Shown here one piece after another: positions 60,977-64,000 of a DNA stretch of 64,000 nt. This stretch comes from Alphaproteobacteria bacterium (GTDB lineage: Bacteria > Pseudomonadota > Alphaproteobacteria > MPNO01 > UBA830). The stretch is taken from contig OZ251539.1 in NCBI GenBank assembly GCA_965243135.1, positions 4,288,001-4,352,000 of the forward strand. Reading direction: 5' to 3'. The notes beneath the pieces are model-generated. The model was not told the DNA's origin. It did not search any database and saw only the letters and a program-made list of their open reading frames with translations. Every line of letters starts with the position of its first letter. The stretch's first letter is position 1. A program made the position numbers and the translations under genes.

Positions 60977-61637
60977 ACCGATCAATTATCAACTCAAAAT
61001 GCAAGACGGGCGATTAGCGATCTCTGTCGTGATGACAATACCAGAACAGGCCGGGCTGTGAGTCACGATATCCGGGCGGTGGGAGCGTTCGCCATAGGGA
61101 TACTTTTCCCGCCAGAGGACGTGAGCCGTTCGACAACACCCGCACGGTTCCGAAATTCGCAGACAGCGCGTGCGGCGCTGGCGGATCGGCGCAAAAGAGA
61201 CGGAGATCCGTCTTGCGACGCGGTTTCGACTCCTTGACATATGAATTCCCCCGCGAGGACTTGCGGCGGCCGACGCCCGCGGGCAACGCATCGCCGTCGG
61301 CTGCCGGGTTGCCGGGGCGCGGCCATGGCTGCGCGGCTCCGTTCGCGCAAGGACGACAGACAGCGCACCGTGAACGACGATCGTTCGCGGACGCGCCGCG
61401 AATGCAGAACCGAACGTCCGCGTTCCCCGGACGAAATGCGGGCCGCCGAAACCGAAGCCCCGGCATGGCGAACATGCCTCGCCTTCCGGGGCGAGTTCCC
61501 CGCGCTTCCGGCAAACCCGACCGGACGCTTGCCCGGATCTGGCGACGGAGCGGAATCGTGACCGCCAACCGGGAAAGAGGCGCCGCCTGCGCCTTGGAGA
61601 ACGAGGCGCCGCGCCATCCGGCCGTGCGTTCCGCGGT

Positions 61638-62342
61638 TTGAACGAGATACTGCAAGGTCTGATCGAGGCCGCGCACCTGATCGTGACGTTCGACGGCGAC
61701 CTGTACGAGATCGCCGCTCGCTCCCTGGAGGTCACGGTAACGGCGGTGATCATCGCCTCCGCCATCGGCCTGCCCGTGGGCGCCTGGATCGCGGTCAACC
61801 GTTTCCGCTGGCGGCGCCACGCGATCGCCGTTCTCAACGCCCTGATGGGCCTGCCGCCAGTGGTGGTGGGCCTCGTCGTATATCTGTTGCTCAGCCGCTC
61901 CGGGCCGTTCGGCGTCCTGGATCTTCTCTTCACGCCGGCGGCCATGATCGCCGCCCAAGTCATCATCGTCACGCCGCTCGTCGCCTCGGTTGCCCATCAG
62001 GCGATCCGCGACCTCTGGGCCGAATACCGCGACCTGTTGATCTCGATCCATACGACCAAACCGCAACGCATCCGCGCGCTTCTGTGGGACGCGCGGCGCG
62101 CGCTCCTGACCGCCGCGCTAGCGGGTTTCGGGCGCGCGATCGGCGAAGTGGGCGCGATCATGATCGTAGGCGGCAACATCGACCACGCGACCCGGGTCCT
62201 GACCACCGCCATTGCGCTCGAAACCAGCAAGGGAAACTTCGCCCTCGCCCTCGGCCTGGGTTTCGTGCTGATCGCGCTGGCGATCGCCGTCAACGTCCTC
62301 ATCCATACGCTTTCGCGCACCGAGCGGGCCAGCCAGTGGTAG
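61638..62342 (+). CDS. tupB: Tungstate ABC transporter permease
   Basis: NALMGLPPVVVGL, SRSGPFG, GFGRAIGEVGA, TRVLTTAIALET. Confidence 0.9.
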   Translation: MNEILQGLIEAAHLIVTFDGDLYEIAARSLEVTVTAVIIASAIGLPVGAWIAVNRFRWRRHAIAVLNALMGLPPVVVGLVVYLLLSRSGPFGVLDLLFTPAAMIAAQVIIVTPLVASVAHQAIRDLWAEYRDLLISIHTTKPQRIRALLWDARRALLTAALAGFGRAIGEVGAIMIVGGNIDHATRVLTTAIALETSKGNFALALGLGFVLIALAIAVNVLIHTLSRTERASQW

Positions 62343-62529
62343 CTTCTTCGCCGCGGGCCGCGTTTGATCATGGGCACCGGCTTTTTTGACGGGTGACGCC
62401 AGACAACCGCAATTCTTGACATTCCCGCGCCGTTCAATGACGATTCCCGATCATGGCTTCTCCCGTTCCGCTGTTCTCGAATCCCCCCGGAGTTTCGCGG
62501 GGACCGGACGCATCCCCGCGAACGCGCAC

Positions 62530-63261
62530 TTGGCCGACCGGCTCCTGACCTCCTCGATCCTCCCGCTCCGCTTGGAAGGTGCCGAACTGCGGCGGCGCGG
62601 CGTCCGGCTCTTCGGCCCGGTCGAACTCGAAATCGGGCGCGAGGGGGCGACCGTCGTGATCGGTCCGAACGGATCCGGCAAGACCTCGCTGCTGCGGCTA
62701 ATGCACGGGCTCGAACGCGCGACGCGGGGCCGGGTGACCTGGGCAGCGCCGGCGAACGAGGCGCGAACCCGCCAAGCCTACGTATTCCAGACCCCGATCG
62801 CGATGCGCCGACGCGTCGTCGACAACATCGCCTACCCGTTGCTCGTCCACGGCTTCGGCCGCGCCGAAGCTCGCAGGCGGGCGGCGGAATGGGCGGCGAA
62901 AGTCGGCCTCGGCGACATGCTGGAACGGCCGGCGCCGGTTCTCTCGGGCGGCGAGAAACAGAAGCTGGCCCTTGCGCGGGCGCTGATCCGCGACCCGGAA
63001 ATCCTGTTCCTCGACGAACCCTGCGCCAATCTCGACGGACGCGCGACCCGGGAGATAGAGACGATCCTCGCGGCGGCGCGCGCCGCCGGCGCCCGCATCG
63101 TGATGGCGACGCACGACATGGGCCAGGCGCGGCGCATCGCCACCGAAGTCCTGTTCCTGCTTCACGGCCGGTTGCACGAGGCGGCGCGCGGCTCCGATCC
63201 GCTCGACCGGCTCGCGACCCCCGAAGCGCAGGCGTTCCTCAAGGGAGACATCGTCGAATGA
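62530..63261 (+). CDS. tupC: Tungstate ABC transporter ATP-binding protein
   Basis: GPNGSGKT, LSGGEKQK, LDEPCANLD, ATHD; start uncertain (TTG 62530). Confidence 0.88.
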   Translation: MADRLLTSSILPLRLEGAELRRRGVRLFGPVELEIGREGATVVIGPNGSGKTSLLRLMHGLERATRGRVTWAAPANEARTRQAYVFQTPIAMRRRVVDNIAYPLLVHGFGRAEARRRAAEWAAKVGLGDMLERPAPVLSGGEKQKLALARALIRDPEILFLDEPCANLDGRATREIETILAAARAAGARIVMATHDMGQARRIATEVLFLLHGRLHEAARGSDPLDRLATPEAQAFLKGDIVE

Positions 63262-64000
63262 TCCGGATCCTCGCCGTCGCCGCGGCGCTCTTCGCCGCCG
63301 CGGACCTCCGCGCCGAGACGATGCGGATGGCGGTCACGACGTCGTTCCACAATTCCGGATTGTCCCGCGTCCTGCTGCCGGAGATAAGGCGCGACCTGGG
63401 AATCCAGGTGCAGCTTCTCGTCGTCGGAACCGGGCAGGCGCTGCGTCTCGGACAGGCCGGCGACGTCGACGCGGTCCTCGTCCACTCGCCCGCCGCCGAA
63501 GAGGACTTCGTGGCCGCGGGGTTCGCCGTCCGTCGCCGGGAAATCATGTACAACGACTTCGTGGTGATCGGGCCGTCCGGCGACCCGGCCGGAGTCGCGG
63601 CCGCCGCCGGCGCCGCCGCGGCGCTCGCCAGGATCGCCCGCGCCCGGGCCGCGTTCGTGAGCCGCGGCGACGACAGCGGCACCCACAAGAAGGAACTCGC
63701 GCTGTGGCGATCGGCGAAGTTGAAGCCCGGCGGAAACTGGTACCGTTCGGTCGGCGCCGGCATGGGCGCGGCGCTCAACGCAGCCGCGGCGATGGAGGCG
63801 TACCTGATTTCGGACCGCGCCAGCTGGCTCGCTTTCGGAAGGAAGAAAAAACTGAAACTGCTCTACGCCGACGATCCGGCCCTTTTCAATCAATACGCCT
63901 ACCTGCCCGTAAACCCGGCGCGGCACCCGCACGTCAAGCGGGAGGCCGCGGCGCGGCTGGAGGCCTGGCTGGCCGGACCTCGCGCCAGGGACCTCATCGA
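63258..64000 (+). CDS. tupA: Tungstate ABC transporter substrate-binding protein (runs off window)
   Basis: Not in the ORF track; MIRILAVAAAL...AVTTSFHNSGL, VGTGQAL, MYNDFV, SRGDDSGTHKKE, LFNQY; ATGA overlap with tupC. Confidence 0.9.
   Translation, partial: MIRILAVAAALFAAADLRAETMRMAVTTSFHNSGLSRVLLPEIRRDLGIQVQLLVVGTGQALRLGQAGDVDAVLVHSPAAEEDFVAAGFAVRRREIMYNDFVVIGPSGDPAGVAAAAGAAAALARIARARAAFVSRGDDSGTHKKELALWRSAKLKPGGNWYRSVGAGMGAALNAAAAMEAYLISDRASWLAFGRKKKLKLLYADDPALFNQYAYLPVNPARHPHVKREAAARLEAWLAGPRARDLI

Noticed and set aside
61230-61637. Moco/tungsten riboswitch upstream of tupB
   Set aside because: GC-rich hairpins are present, but I could not match the conserved motif; needs an Infernal scan.

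Overview
High-GC alphaproteobacterial chromosome segment (gene order suggests Rhodospirillales-like), close to the replication/partition region: two parS sites plus mnmE-mnmG-rsmG-parA-parB. The backbone is conserved housekeeping: hpt, YdcF, plsC, chorismate mutase-hisC-tyrC, metXW, gloB, phaAB with a PhaC-like gene, yggS and a tungstate ABC transporter. It also carries a ~19-kb uncharacterised cluster (27270-46477) that combines a cyclic-nucleotide make/sense/break module with four glycosyltransferases, a phosphatase, a deacetylase, two methyltransferases, an atypical ABC exporter and a peptide-type ABC importer. The larger intergenic gaps hold relics of foreign DNA missed by the ORF track. 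These are three miniature IS derivatives with terminal inverted repeats and target-site duplications, a serine-recombinase pseudogene, a HATPase(decayed)-STAS-like-membrane protein cassette, the start of an McrB-like gene, and a decayed phage MuF-type nuclease domain immediately followed by a ~120-nt multi-stem RNA-like element (candidate toxin/RNA-antitoxin pair). No CRISPR array, rRNA or tRNA was seen. All family assignments are from motif recognition by eye, not database searches.
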